64,000 bases of DNA. Origin: Octopus sinensis. Lineage: Eukaryota. Under the pieces are notes generated by a model, which saw only the letters and a list, made by a program, of their open reading frames with translations, did not search any database and was not told the DNA's origin. Numbering within the stretch: the stretch's first letter is position 1; each line of letters begins with the position of its first letter. The stretch lies in the NCBI RefSeq assembly GCF_006345805.1, contig NC_042999.1, positions 142,104,001 to 142,168,000 on the forward strand, written 5' to 3'. Position numbers and translations under genes: made by a program. Positions 23,959 through 37,716 of the stretch are shown here, piece by piece.

Positions 23959-24145
23959 CGCCATGATAGATGGTTAGCCACTACACACATTTTTTCTCTC
24001 CTTGTTTTTTTTTGTGTCCCTTTCTGTAGAAGAGCGTAGGCTCGAAACGTAAAGGACTTTTTCTATTCCTGAGCGTTATACTAATACATCTGTTTGTTTT
24101 GTACACCACCAGTCTTCGTATTTTGTTGTTTTTTTCGTAAACTCT

Positions 24146-24149
<4 letters not shown>
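23957..24149 (+). mobile_element. Short family-A PLE-derived unit between microsatellites
   Basis: Homologous to 7126-7364; begins at gacgccatg. Confidence 0.75.
24019..24056 (+). ncRNA. Hammerhead-like motif, family A (core CUGUAGA)
   Basis: CUUU-CUGUAGA-A-GAGC(GUAG)GCUC-GAA-ACGU-A-AAGG; stem I 4 bp with one G-U pair. Confidence 0.55.
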
Positions 24150-24195
<46 letters not shown>

Positions 24196-24471
24196 CAGGC
24201 TTCTTTCAGTTTCCATCTACAAATCCTTTCACAAGGCTTTGGTCGGCCCGGGACTATAGTAGAAGACACTATAGTCACTATACATGTGTATGAATATTTT
24301 ATCTTTTATTTGTTTTAGTTATTAGATTGTGGTAATGGTGGGGCACTGCCTTGAAGCGTTTAGTCGAACAAATCGAACCCAGTTTGATACTTTATTTTAT
24401 CGTTCGTTTACATCTTCCCTAAGTTACAGGGATGTGAAAAAACCAATATAGGCACACACACACACACGCAT

Positions 24472-24630
24472 GAAGTGCTTCTTTCAGTTTCTGTCTATCA
24501 AATCCATTCACAAGGCTTTGGTCGGCCCTGGGCTATTGGAGTACTTTCCCAGGGTATCACACAGTGGCACTGAACCCAGAACCATGAGGCTGGGTAGCAA
24601 ACGTCTTACCACACAGCCACACCTGCGCCC
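24472..24630 (-). mobile_element. SINE family 1, 5' half
   Basis: Matches the family 1 head and body. Confidence 0.7.
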
Positions 24631-24676
24631 CATATGTGTATATGTATATACGTCATGTGTGTGTGTGTGCGTGTGT

Positions 24677-24749
<73 letters not shown>

Positions 24750-25460
24750 TAAGTGAGTTTATATTTACCTTCGTCTGATCTATGGATCTATGCAAGCATG
24801 GGAAAGTTAACATTAAAACAATTACGAATAACATTAAATGTTTTAGTTTTGTTTTTTGTTTTTTTCTATACAATATTTCGAGACATGTGAGAGAGTCAAT
24901 GGTTTGTCTTTTGGAAACATTGTATTTAAATGATAATGATATAGATAATATTGAAATTACAATAAAACTTTATTAATTTCCTTAAACGGACCTCTACTAC
25001 TAACGCGGACAACGCTCAGGAAAACTTGAGGTCTCAGAACAAAACTTTTCTCTTCAAATGTTCTATTATTCATTTATCGCCGATTCATTTAACTCAGAGT
25101 CATTTTTAATCAAACATTTGTGATAAACGAGGGTAGACGTACTTGAAACTGCTCACTAGATAAAACATGACCTGAAACGACCTGAAAAACACTGTAAATT
25201 TTATTATTTAAGTTGATGCATCAATAAATGAAATTGATACAATGGACACATCTAATTTAGAAACAAATAGCAATGCTGTAACTACTGAAGGATTCAACAA
25301 TTTGGAGGCCCTGTGAGATATTCAGTCAGATATACTAGCAATGATCTAATTTCTACACCTTTTTTTTAAAGAGAGTGACGAGCATCATTTTCCTTATTGA
25401 ACAATTTTAAACGTCTTATTTTCGTAAAAGTCTAGCATTAAACTGTTTCCTTCATTTGGG

Positions 25461-25541
25461 AAGTGACTGTGTGGTAAGAAGCACGGGCCGACCAAAGCCT
25501 TGAGAGTGGATTTGGTAGACGGAAACTGAAAGAAGCCCGTC

Positions 25542-25629
<88 letters not shown>

Positions 25630-25842
25630 CTGTGTTTGTGTGTCTGTGTTGTCCCCCTAGCATTGCTTGACAACCGATGCTGGTGTGTTTATGTCCCCGT
25701 CACTTAGCGGTTCGGCAAAAGAGACCGATAGAATAAGTGCTGGGCTTACAAAGAATAAAGCCCGGGGTCGAGTTGCTCGATTAAAGGCGGTGCTCCAGCA
25801 TGGCCGCAGTCAAATGACTGAAACAAGTGAAAGAGTAAAGAG
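25461..25842 (+). mobile_element. SINE family 1 with deletion in the head and expanded internal (TA)n
   Basis: Head, gaagcccgtcg, about 80 bp of (TA)n, then 3' half ending gactgaaacaagtgaaagag. Confidence 0.8.
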
Positions 25843-26710
25843 ACCGCATACAAATCTTTGCATTGGGTTATCTTCTTTAGTGTAGCAACAAAAGTAAATT
25901 CTATCTTGAAAAGGGTTGAGAGTAACCCCACTGAGCTTTAAATGTACTTTAAATTATACTCAAGAAGGTAAATCACACGGCATAAAGTGCAGTAGATTTT
26001 TTTCCATATATATAGGGGGTGGGGGCGCGCGTGCGTGCGTGTGTGCGTATGAAAAAACTGGGGGGAATTATTTGCCGGTAAATAGATTTCAGGCTTTCGC
26101 AATCATGCATACATTTTTTTTACTTGCTCCTGGCCTATCATATTATCTAGGAAACTCTATATTTAAGCTGAATGCTGTTAAACCTGCTGTCTTATGCTGT
26201 TATTTTTGCACATTGCAAGAATGTCCGGTATCTTGTTATATATCAACCCAACCAAATTCACGTTTTGAACATTACCTTTCACATTTAGATTTCATATTTA
26301 GCTTACCTTACCACGAGAGCTAATACTAATGTTTCTACCAAATCACATAGACGTACACACATGCACAAACACACACACACTCACGCACACACACACTCAC
26401 GCACACACACGCACGCACATACACGCACAAACACGCACAAACACACGCATATATGTTAGGTGAGTATGTGTATGTGTGTGTGTGTGTAAAAGTGAGCACC
26501 TCAACACTGAGAACAAGGCTGTGATATTATATGCATACATTCATATATATACACACACACACATATATACACATACATCATACATACATACATGCATACA
26601 TACATGCATGCATGCATATAAACAGAAAGAAAGAGAGAGAAGTAGGACTGTGGAGAAGAATTTTATATCTAGAATTCAAGAAACCAGTATTTAAAGATTT
26701 TTTACACGCA

Positions 26711-26823
<113 letters not shown>

Positions 26824-28569
26824 ATACATGACATTCGAATACTAGAAGTGAATGCCACAATGGAGAGGAGACAAAAATATTTGACAAATAAATGATATTT
26901 GTAGAACTATTTTATTACATAATATACTTCTCTGAAAACAATGTCGAGAGATTACCGGGGCAGGGTGGGGCTTGCAACGAAATATCATCCAGGTAAAATA
27001 TGCCTTCACATCTTAATCTCAAACTCTAGAAAGTACATTTGAAAATATTCTTATTTTATATTATTAATTGCTAGATCTGGAGGGGGTAGGGCAGTGCTCT
27101 TAATCTTCGCTGACCTTCCATTCAAGGTCATACTGAAGCTGATAATCGGGATTGATAAATTAAATGTCAATTGAACAGTGGGATCGATGTAATCGACTTA
27201 TTCCCTCCTCCAGAATTGCTGGCCCTGTGTCAAAATTTGAAACTAATATTGATGCTGATAATGTTCTATTTAAAAAGGGCCGATTTTTCTATAGGAAAGA
27301 GGTAGGAATGAGTGTGGGGCCAAAGTGGAGTTAGATATAAATGGGTGATGAACGAAGGAAAAACGAATGAACCTAGGGTGCCTGGATGGAGTTGGCACAA
27401 GACAAGCCAGATCTGACGAACAGAGACCATTACAGTAGCGGCAGTAAAGGCAAGAGGGGCCAGCATGCTTGTAGGACAGAGGCTAGAGTGTGTTTATAGG
27501 TGATGTTATGCCAACCAGTCAAATGATCTTTACTCTGGATATACTTTCTGCATTTGAGAGTATAGACCATTGATTTAATTATAAATAACTTGTAATAAGT
27601 GCTTTTAAATATTGGGTAAGCTTTCAGAAAAGTTTCCAAAGTAATAAATAATCTCCCGTGGAGTTGATTTTGTAAGATGCTTCCATAACCAGCTAAAAAC
27701 GTGTTCACTTTACTTATGTCACCAATGCTTTCCTCTACCGTTCGCTATAAATGTTTGGATTTTCAGAAAAGAAAACATCATTAATTCCTAAATTCGATAA
27801 TAGTAATGTCTTTCTTCACGTAAAAAAAAATAATAAATAAATTCCATTATTCACTACTTATTTCTGGTCCTTTGCTGTTTGGTTTGTGTATAAGGTGTTG
27901 CGGTGGAATTTTATTAACATTATGATCCATAAGTTATTATGGATGATGAGCGCCATAGAACAGAATGTAAATTAACGTCCAGTCAAGTCCGAGACCAAAG
28001 CTAGTTCTCTTATGAGCTTCAGATTGCTAATAAATGTCATTCAACAATAATTCTCCTGTAAAGCGGCGAACTGACAAAAACGTTACCGCGCCGGGCAAAA
28101 TGTTTAGCTGCATTTCGTTCATCTTTACGTTCAAAAATTCAAATTCTGCTGAGGTCATTTTTGCCTTTCATCTTTTCAGGATTAATAAAACAAGTACCAG
28201 TTGAGCACTGGGGTCGATGTAATCGACTTACTCACCCCTCCGAACATGCTGGACTTGTACCAAAATTTGGAACCAATATTAATTCTTTGTATCAATTGAA
28301 TATCACCCAATTCTTAATTCTTTTTTGTCTAAATTCTTTATGATTGCGGCCTTAAGTCCATTTGTTTTATTCTCAACACTGCTTCAATTCCTTATTTAAG
28401 CTATTTCTCTTACATTCTTAATTCTGAAGCATCTATAAATGATGTACAAGCTGATGCCTATCTTCTATTAGAAAATCCCCCCTCCCCATGCCTAATATAT
28501 ATACATGCTTGTCTGAATGTATGTATGTATTATGTGTGTGTGTGTGTGTGTTTGTGTAAGTATGTGTAC

Positions 28570-28618
<49 letters not shown>

Positions 28619-28897
28619 CTAGCAGTATCGCCTGGCGTTGCTCGGATTGTAAGGGAAATAACTATATAAGCATTTTTAGAGAGTTATAGCCAAAAAGTAG
28701 CAAAAAAATGCATTAAAAATTGAAAAAAAATTAAGGTAAATTTTTCTTTAAATCGTTGACACATCGTAGATATTTTTAGAGAGTTACTTCCCTTATATAA
28801 AAGCGAAAAAAATGCATTAAAATGGAAAAATATGATGGTAATTTTTTTTTTAATCGTAGAAAAATCGTAGACGCGCGCTAATACCCAGAAGGGCTCG

Positions 28898-29153
28898 TTT
28901 GTTATTCTGGGTAACTTTCTGTAAAATTATTAAAATTTTGTTCAAACATCGCTATAGAAAATGGGTTATTAGCTAATATTCAATTGGGTATACAACAAAA
29001 TTTTACGATAGAATTTGTTATTCTGGGTAACTTTCTGTAAAATTATTAAAATTTTGTTCAAACATCGCTATAGAAAATGGGTTATTAGCTAATATTCAAT
29101 TGGGTATACAACAAAATTTTACGATAGAATTTGTTATTCTGGGTAACTTTCTG
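28898..29153. repeat. 116-bp tandem repeat, 2.2 copies
   Basis: Unit starts tttgttattctgggtaactttctg at 28898, 29014 and 29130. Confidence 0.92.
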
Positions 29154-29445
29154 ATACCCATAATAATTTTATGGCAAAATAGGCCTTAATTTCATTTAAG
29201 GTTGTGGGAAATAACAAACTATCCTTTCTTTCGGTTTGTTTACGTTTAGCGTAATGATTTCAAATAGACTCATTCGAAAAAGTAAATAGAAATAGTCTAA
29301 GGCTTTACTCTTCTGGGAAAGTCTGTGGCTTGGTCCAGTTTCTTCAGAAAACTCACCGAAAGAAACAGTTTTTAAATTTTCACTCCATTCAGGTACCAAT
29401 TCGTTTTCTTTATCGCTGTCGGATTCACTGTTTTCACTTTAATAG
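29130..29445 (-). pseudogene. piggyBac-type transposase N-terminal fragment
   Basis: SESDSD...WSENL...FSEETGP...ALDYFYLLF...LFEII, then with frameshifts PTTLNEIKAYFAI and IMGIRKLPRITN; matches the piggyBac/PGBD N-terminal region. Confidence 0.8.
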
Positions 29446-29751
29446 CTGCAAACTTGCAAAGACAAAGGAGGAGAAGGGTGATAGCGTCAGTGAAACAATT
29501 CGGTCCCTTTGTGTGTGTGTGCGTTTGCGTGTGGTGTAAACCAGACTAAGAAAAGCATTTGACACACACACCAGAATGTGAGTTTTCTGTAAATTTTGCT
29601 TAATTGGAGTTTAAATTTTAAAAACTGGACCTGGCATGACGCGATGCATTGTACTCTTAAAAATGCTAGGTAAATTGTAATTGAAGAAATCCTATGTTGT
29701 AGATTTGTATAACTCCCAAAGGGAGGCAGATAAAATCTGCCTTTTATAATA

Positions 29752-29868
<117 letters not shown>

Positions 29869-30160
29869 GTTATATGTTATATATATATATATATATATGT
29901 GTGTGTGGTGTGTGTGGTGTGTGTGTGTGTGCTGGGCTCGGCTACTCCACATTGATAAGAGGCAAACATCTCGAAACTAGTTTTTGGATGCCAAACCAGC
30001 AAGGAGAAGCTGCTGACCTCCCCTGTTCGAAGGTTATAATGGACACAGGTTTGTGTGTCACATAGCTAGCTAGAGGCGATGGCCCCTTGGAGCTAATCAA
30101 CGGCACCATTCGTCCTATTTTTCTGGACTACCATGTTAGCTTCGCGATAACTATTAATAT

Positions 30161-30214
<54 letters not shown>

Positions 30215-30422
30215 CGCCATGTTGATTCGTTAGCTACTGCACGCATTTTTTTCTCTCCTTCTTTCTGTGTTTTTCTCTCTCTGTGTATCTTTCTGTTGAA
30301 GAGCGTAGGCTCGAAACGTTAAAGACTTGTTTTATTTATATTTCCTGAGCGCCATACTAATACAATTGTTCGTTTGTTTTCCACCTGCCTTCGTCTTTTG
30401 TTTATTTTCATAAAGCTTCCCG

Positions 30423-30424
<2 letters not shown>
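30215..30424 (+). mobile_element. Short family-A PLE-derived unit in (TA)n
   Basis: Nearly identical to the reverse complement of 7126-7364; starts at cgccatg. Confidence 0.8.
30288..30325 (+). ncRNA. Hammerhead-like motif, family A (core CUGUUGA)
   Basis: UCUUU-CUGUUGA-A-GAGC(GUAG)GCUC-GAA-ACGU-U-AAAGA. Confidence 0.65.
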
Positions 30425-30467
<43 letters not shown>

Positions 30468-30871
30468 TATATGGTGGCTGCCCCCTCGTTATCGAGTATG
30501 GCCATTGCACGAAGCTTAATCAATGCTGTTATCGTGCAATGCTTGTGCAAGAAGATTTTTTTAAAGTGAGGAAAGGCTGTGCACTGAGTCAATCCCACTC
30601 ACTAAGCAACAGCAGCCATAATCCGAAAAGAAGAACAAGTCAACATCATCGGTAACCACTGAGCCGCAGGTTTTATGTAGGAGTTATCCCAGTTACCTGA
30701 GTTACCTTCTCCTAGAAGGTTGCCCTAACAAAGGCTAGGAGTCCTTCACTCCCAATGGTTTAACCGCGCGATCGGGTATTCAGTCCGATTATTTCTATGT
30801 CCCCGCGCATGATACAGCCCTAAGACATTTATTGGATGGCCGTTGACTCTCAAGAGTTCCTCCGCCCTTTG

Positions 30872-30906
<35 letters not shown>

Positions 30907-30948
30907 TATATATGATGTTTAAGTTGTCAAGATGATGTAGATGTGTTT

Positions 30949-32506
30949 CGAGTGGAATCCCGGTATTCCCAGTTAAAATTCCGTCAGACTCAGCATTTTA
31001 ATGCTACGCCTATAAAATAAATGCTTGCAATATACGAGGTTGATTCCCTCGACTGTTCACTGTCCCTTACACAAATTGGTATTCTGCCCAAATCAGAATA
31101 AACTGACATTCATTTATTTCAGAAAGGAATGTGTTGGTTTAATTAAATTGATATTCTGTCAAGTCTCAGTTAACATTAAGTACTTACTGGAAACGTGTTC
31201 GGGCAAAAAATGTTGAATCGTTGCCAAGTTTGCGAGTATGACAATAAAAATGGTGTTGCTGAGTTTATTTCAGGAACGATATTTAGTTTCTTATGTTATT
31301 ACTATTCACATGAAAACTAGTTGCGGTGATGTAACTCTAACTGTAAAAGTATTACGATACGTATCATCTGGAATTGATTAAAATCCCTAAAGTTTCACTT
31401 TGTTTAATAGAAATAATTAAATAACTACTTTTAGGTAATCAGTAGAAACAATACTTAGCAATATTATTATCATAGATAGATAGAGAAAGAGTAGAGAAAG
31501 AGAGAGGGAGAGAAAGAGAGAGGGAGAGAAAGAGAGAGGGAGAGATAGAGAGAGAGAGAGAGGGAGAGAGAGGTGTGGAGGAATTGTAGAAACTGTAAAA
31601 TAACAAACACCAAAAACCTTGTAATTTTATACTCTTCATGTTCTGAGCTGAAACCCCTCTGGTGTTAACTTCACAATTAATACTTTTAGCGTAATAAGAT
31701 AAGTACCAGTAATTAGTGACCTTGCTCTAACAAGGGCGTAAATATAACACTTTTTGAATGTAAAGAGACGTAATTAAAATACCATAATCGTTCGATCCTT
31801 CAATTCATTGCCGTTTCAAAATCAAAATAAATCGAGCCAATGCAATTACTCGAATTGTTAAAAATAGTAGCCAAATCCCTCTCTCTCTCTCTCCTCTCTC
31901 TCTCTCTGCCTCTCAAATTGCACCCTACTATTTTTAAAGAATGTAGGATAGATTCGATGATGTAACCCTAGTTATCCTATGTAACAATAAAAGACAGAAT
32001 GTTCCCCCATCAATTTTGTTTCATGGCTGGGTGAGAGGAAGAAAGTTGTTCTCAGATTACAGGCCTGGTTCAAATACTTGCCTCAGAGTGGGCTCGGTTA
32101 AAGGTACTGGTAGTTGGCAACTGATTGCCTAGCAGCCAAGAAAATAAAGGTCATTCGGACGGGTTTCCTCACAATTTCATTTTATCAAATTTCGCTCATG
32201 AGGCTAAGATCGACCCGAAGCTATAGTAGATGACGTCCGTCTAAAGACACACACAGTGAAATTGAATCTAAAGGCCCGTAGCTGAGAAGCAAAGTTCTTA
32301 ACTACATTGCTATGGCTGAAGTCCGAGTGAAATCTCGGTATTCCCAGTTAAAATTCCGTCAGACTCAGCATTTCAACGCCTATAAAATAAATGCTTGCAA
32401 TATTACGAGGTTGATTCCCTCGACTGTTCACTGTCCCTTACACAAATTGGTATTCTGCCCAAATCAGAATAAACTGACATCCATTTATTTCAGAAAGGAA
32501 TGTGTT
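30949..32506. repeat. About 185-bp direct repeats (30949-31135, 32324-32506)
   Basis: cgagtg.aat..cggtattcccagttaaaattccgtcagac...cagaaaggaatgtgtt in both copies. Confidence 0.85.
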
Positions 32507-32569
32507 AGCCCAGAAAATATTTCAGTTCTGAATAGCTGCTGAGTCTCAACAAGATCAAGTAAGACTTTT

Positions 32570-33725
32570 AATGTTGCTCACATATCAAGGACAGTGCTGC
32601 TGTCATCCATGCTAGTTATTTCTTTCTCTATATTTCTCCGCCTATCTATTAATCGGTTCAATCCACAGTGTGTGGTGTGATGGTGGGTGTTATTGTTCCA
32701 TTCGTGTTTTCTGTTGAGACTCGGTCTGTTGATTGCTATATGCGTAGCTTCTGTTATCTGCCTAAGTGTCGTGTCAGTTCTATGCGTTGATAATATCGTA
32801 ACCTCTATGCTATTAACCGAGCCTCTATGTTCTGCTTGAGCAACTTGGTAGAGCACTGACGAGCCTTTCTCTTCTTTGAGCTCTCGCCAGTATTCACCTA
32901 TACACTCCCCTATACTGCGTGCTGTCTCTCCAATGTAAGTAATTGTCATATTTCTGCACCAGCCCTCAGTACCTCGTAAGCTATACGTTACAGTTAACCT
33001 GTGGACTCAATCTACATACAATACAATTGTTCTCCGTACATGGGGGCCAATCGAAGGGATAAGTTCTAGAAATCTTATGAGGTCACCAGGCCTTTCTACT
33101 ACTTCCATCTGTAGATTAGCTTTATCTAATGTTTTTCTAAATAGGTATGCTAGTTTGACGCTAGGGGTAGCACCATAGAACATGACACTTTGGTATTTTT
33201 TGTTGTCATACCATGAGATGACCTTGTCTATCTTTTTTCTGGTCCTTTCTGTGCTGTTCCAGGATTTACTCCTGTATAGCGAGCAGATCCCCTTTGCATC
33301 ACTCTCTATGATGGCTTTGAACTTAGTCGTGGCTCCTTTGTACACTCTAATCCTGTCCCTTTGATTGTAGCTAGAGAACCGCATATGGTGGATGAAGTGT
33401 GTGTCTTTCCAATTCCATAGGGTTGCACATGTGAGACACATTCCTCATCACTCTCACCAAGTCTGCTGAAAGAATATTGAACTTGGTGTTGTTCGCAATA
33501 GCTGTGTTCTTGTGGGCCTGGTATTTAAAGGTCATAGGTTTGGCATAGCGGGAGTGAATGAGCTAGACCTTACCGTTCTCGGTTTCCAGCCAGAGTTCCA
33601 TATCTAAAACTGGTAGCCTATAGTTCGGGTGCTTGCTAGGGTTGTCTATCGTTACTTTAATACTTTGGTGGATGAAGTTAACTATTTGCTGGATGTTCTC
33701 CATAGTGTTAGCTTCTAGATCATCA
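32570..33725 (-). mobile_element. Penelope-like element fragment: RT C-terminus, linker, GIY-YIG endonuclease
   Basis: IHQSIKVTIDNPSKHPNYRLPVLDMELW...YAKPM; YQSVMF...VVERPG; YIGETARSI...TLRQITEATHI...RPSLN; contains stops and frameshifts. Confidence 0.85.
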
Positions 33726-34042
33726 ACATTGTCTCATAGGAGTATATATATATTTCGTTGAGCACAGTTTCCTATAACAGACGAAAACAATACATAGATA
33801 CGTAGAAATATTCAGATACATATATGTATGCGTACATATACACGTACATATACAGGTATGCATATGCATATATATTTATGTATTTACATATAGACACAGT
33901 AAAGATTTATACGTACAACCATTTGTGCCAAAGTAGATTAAAATTTAAATATAGTTCGGTAATTGTACTTGCCACACACGAGCACGCACGCACTACACAC
34001 ACATTCACAAACAAGTGTGTTTGTGTGTATGAGTGTGTGTGT

Positions 34043-34090
<48 letters not shown>

Positions 34091-34718
34091 GTGGGAAATC
34101 AAATGAAAGCCGCGTTGAAATGATACCAGCGAAGTTATTAAATTCGCGAGATAATTTATCATTTCAGTTTATATTCTAACATAAACTTGACGTTAACTAG
34201 GTGAAAAAATGGGTGTGAAATATGAGACAATTATGGAATCCGTTTTAATATATTAAATTTTATTCTCTTGATGTTAACTAGACTGTCATATCTAATTAAA
34301 CTTATCCGCGTATTCGCTCTTTTCACTTTATATCTTTAAAATGATAAACTTTTAAACTATTATTATCCTTATGAATTAAAATAGCGTTAATTTCTAATAG
34401 TGGCACACTGCCTTAAATTTTGAGGGAAGGTACTATTACGATAAAACTAATACCAGTATTTAACTAATGCTTTATTTCATCCACCACATGAGGAGAAATT
34501 AGTAAAGCTGACTTCAGCGGGATTTTGACTCAGATCATTTAAAGATTATAAAAATACAGTAAAACATTTTGTTCGACTTTAACGTCTGTGGAAATACAAA
34601 TATCAGTCATAACAAATGTGTTTTTTCTCTTAACGCATAATTATTTCTTGTTAACTTTTTAGTGTTCACATTTCCTTAAATATGTTAAGAAACACTTTCA
34701 TTCTCGCCATAGCTCAAA

Positions 34719-35877
34719 GGCGGCGAGCTGGCAGAAACGTTAGCACGCCGGGCGAAATGCGTAGCCGTATTTCGTCTGCCGTTACGTTCTGAGTTCAAAT
34801 TCCGCCGAGGTCAACTTTGCCTTTCATCCTTTCGGGGTCGATTAAATAAGTACCAGTTACGCACTGGGGGTCGATATAATCGACTTAATCCGTTTGTCTG
34901 TCCTTGTTTGTCCTCTCTATGTTTAGCCCCTTGTGGGTAGTAAAGAAATAGGTATTTCGTCTATCTTTATGTTCCGAGTTCAAATTCCGCCGAGGTCGAC
35001 TTTGCCTTTCATCCCTTCGGGGTCTATAAATTAAGTACCAGTTACATACTGGGGTCGATCTAATCAACTGGCCCCCTTCCCTCAAATTTCGGGCTTTGTG
35101 CCTAGAGTAGAAAAGGATGTTTTCTTGCTGTTGTTGCAAGCAGCCTCGACCAAATCGACGTTTTAGAAGGCGCAGAGCAGGCAGAAACGTTAGTACGCCG
35201 GGCGAAATGCTTATCGGTATTTCGCCTGCCGCCACGTTCTGAGTTCAAATTCCGCCGAGGTCGACTTTGCCTTTCATCCTTTCGGGGTCGATAAATTAAG
35301 TACCAATTACGCACTGGGGTCGATATAATCGACTTAATCCGTTTGTCTGTCCTTGTTTGTCCTCTCTGTGTTTAGCCCCTTGTGGGTAGTAAAGAAATAG
35401 GTATTTCGTCTGCCGTTACGTTCAAATTCCGCCGAGGTCCACTTTGCCTTTCATCCTTTCGTGGTAGATAAATGAAGTACCAGTTGCGTACTAGGGTCGA
35501 TCTAATCGACTGACACCCTCCCGCAAAATTTTCAGGCCTTGTGCCAAGAGTAGGAAACAAAAGAAAAGATTCTCGCCATAGCTCAGTCAGTAGAGTGGCG
35601 GATTGCAGAAGTACGTGTTTTATCAATCATCCTTTGCTACTTCAATAATACCAGAAAGGATTCAGAATGCTTCTACTCATGCATGCGAAAAGAAATTTGC
35701 ATCGAACGCGATGAGCTTATTATTTTTTTAGTCATGTGGCTTTTATATATTTTGCCAAAGTAAAGGCGGCGAGCTGGCAGAAACGTTAGCGCCCTGGGCG
35801 AAATGCTTTGTGGTATTTCGTCTGTCGCTACATTCTGAGTTCAAATTCCGCCGAGGTCGACTTTGCCTTTCATCCTG
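34719..35877 (+). mobile_element. Cluster of three Nin/Deu-like-domain tRNA SINEs (family 2): 34719-35115, 35169-35558, partial 35765-35877
   Basis: ggcggcgagctggcagaaacgttagc head, gagttcaaattcc B-box, and gactttgcctttcatcctttcggggtcgataaattaagtacc, which resembles the Nin/Deu central domain. Confidence 0.8.
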
Positions 35878-36228
35878 TCAACATGTACCTTTAATCTAAT
35901 CAAGGTATCCTTGGCCTGAAGAGTAGCCAGCGGTATACACCTCGCTTAGATTTTACTACTTCTGGGGTTCCACTCGCTATGGAACATACGTAGCCCATAA
36001 TATTATGCTTACGCTTTTTAGAGTAAAGCGTCAGGAGAGTACAGCATAATGTCACTTAATGAATGAGGTAACCACCTTTTCTTAGCTTACAGCTGTTTCT
36101 GGTATAAGAAACATCGCAGTTAAAAGTGAGTGCCTGTACAACATCCTGTAGCAGAAACAACTATAAGCTAATGAAGATGATTAAGTAATTCATGCATTTG
36201 CGTCGTTCATTAACTGATATAATTATGA

Positions 36229-36269
<41 letters not shown>

Positions 36270-36271
<2 letters not shown>

Positions 36272-36596
36272 CGTAGACATGGCTGTGTAGTAAGTAGTTT
36301 GCTTACCAACCACATGGTTCCGGGTTCAGTCCCACTGTGTGGCACCTTGGGCAAGTATCTTCTACTATAGCCTCGGGCCAACTGAAGCCTTGTGAGTGGA
36401 TTTGATAGACAGAAACTGAAAGAAGCTCGTCGTATATCTACTACATATGTGGAAAATCGGTGTGCGTTTGTTTGTGGCGTTGCTAGCTAACTCCATCTTT
36501 TGTGACAGTTATAACGAAATTGCTTTCTTATATCAGAGTAATAAGGCGTTTCAATAGAACATTTTTACCCCCAGGAATTACCGGGTACACCAGCTA

Positions 36597-36631
<35 letters not shown>

Positions 36632-36814
36632 TGTGTGTGCATATATTTGTGCGTCTGTGTTTATGACCCCGTAACTTAGCGGTTCAGCAACAGAAAACGA
36701 TAGAATAAGTTCTAGGTTTACAAAGAATAAATCCTGGGATCCTCGATTTGCTCGACTAAAGGCGGTTCTCCAGCATGGCCGCAGTCAAATAACTGAAACA
36801 AATAAAAGAATAAA
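36270..36814 (+). mobile_element. Full-length SINE family 1 interrupted in its internal microsatellite
   Basis: 5' half to gaagctcgtcgtata, insertion 36437-36597, (TA)n, then 3' half. Confidence 0.8.
36437..36597 (+). mobile_element. 161-bp mini-Helitron (third family)
   Basis: A|TCTACTACATAT 5' end; ccc..ggg hairpin remnant then tacaccagCTAG; the base after CTAG is C rather than T. Confidence 0.55.
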
Positions 36815-37259
36815 TATACTTTTATATATATATATTATATATATATATATATATTATATATATATATATATTATATATATATATATATAAATGTATATAT
36901 TATTTTTTAATCATCGTTATTAATCATCATCATCAACAAGAACAACGTTAACAGGAACATCTGCTACCGAGCAAAGCGTGAGAGGTCACACTCATTTTAT
37001 ATATAATGAGTATAAGTAATTGCTATCACAGAATACGTTCAGTTAGAAGTAACCATAGCAACAGCTTCCTTTGAGCAACCGAAATTACATGAAAGAAACA
37101 GCTTGACGTGTTTTTCTTTTTCTTCGTTTTACTTTACTTTGCATCCTGTTCTTCGTTCATACTTTCACCCTAATTAAAACAAAATAAACCGTCCAAGTAA
37201 ACCAGAAAAAAATTGCTGCTTTTCTTTCTTTTTCTTTTTTCTTTTGTTTTGCTTGATGT

Positions 37260-37306
<47 letters not shown>

Positions 37307-37716
37307 GTGATTGCTGTTTTCATGGCCCATTTGAATATTTCAAAAAGTACTTGCATTAAGATCTTTCTCGTCTCAGTTCCATATATGAAGAGTCTGTTGT
37401 CCTACCTTTCTCTGCATCTGCTTGTCCGTCTGACTTTCTTTCCTTACTTCCCCCACTTCTTTCTCTCTTTCTCCCTCTCTCTTGCTCCCTCTACCCCCTC
37501 TCTCTATGTCTGTAAACCAGTCTCTGTTCCCCGTGGAAAATACCCCCAGGAGAGTACTCTGCATACTAAATATACATACGGAGAGGTGTCACATGTGTAA
37601 CACGCGGAGCTGAAAACGTTAGATGATCTGAGATTATCCATGCAATTAGCAGACAAAACCTCCCTCTATGAATTCTTGAAATCGAAATCAAAGAAATTAA
37701 CTGATATAAAGAATTC

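Noticed and set aside
36085-36120. Additional family-B hammerhead
   Set aside because: Only the GAAACAGCTGTAAG half is recognisable; the CUGANGA box and stem II are lost.
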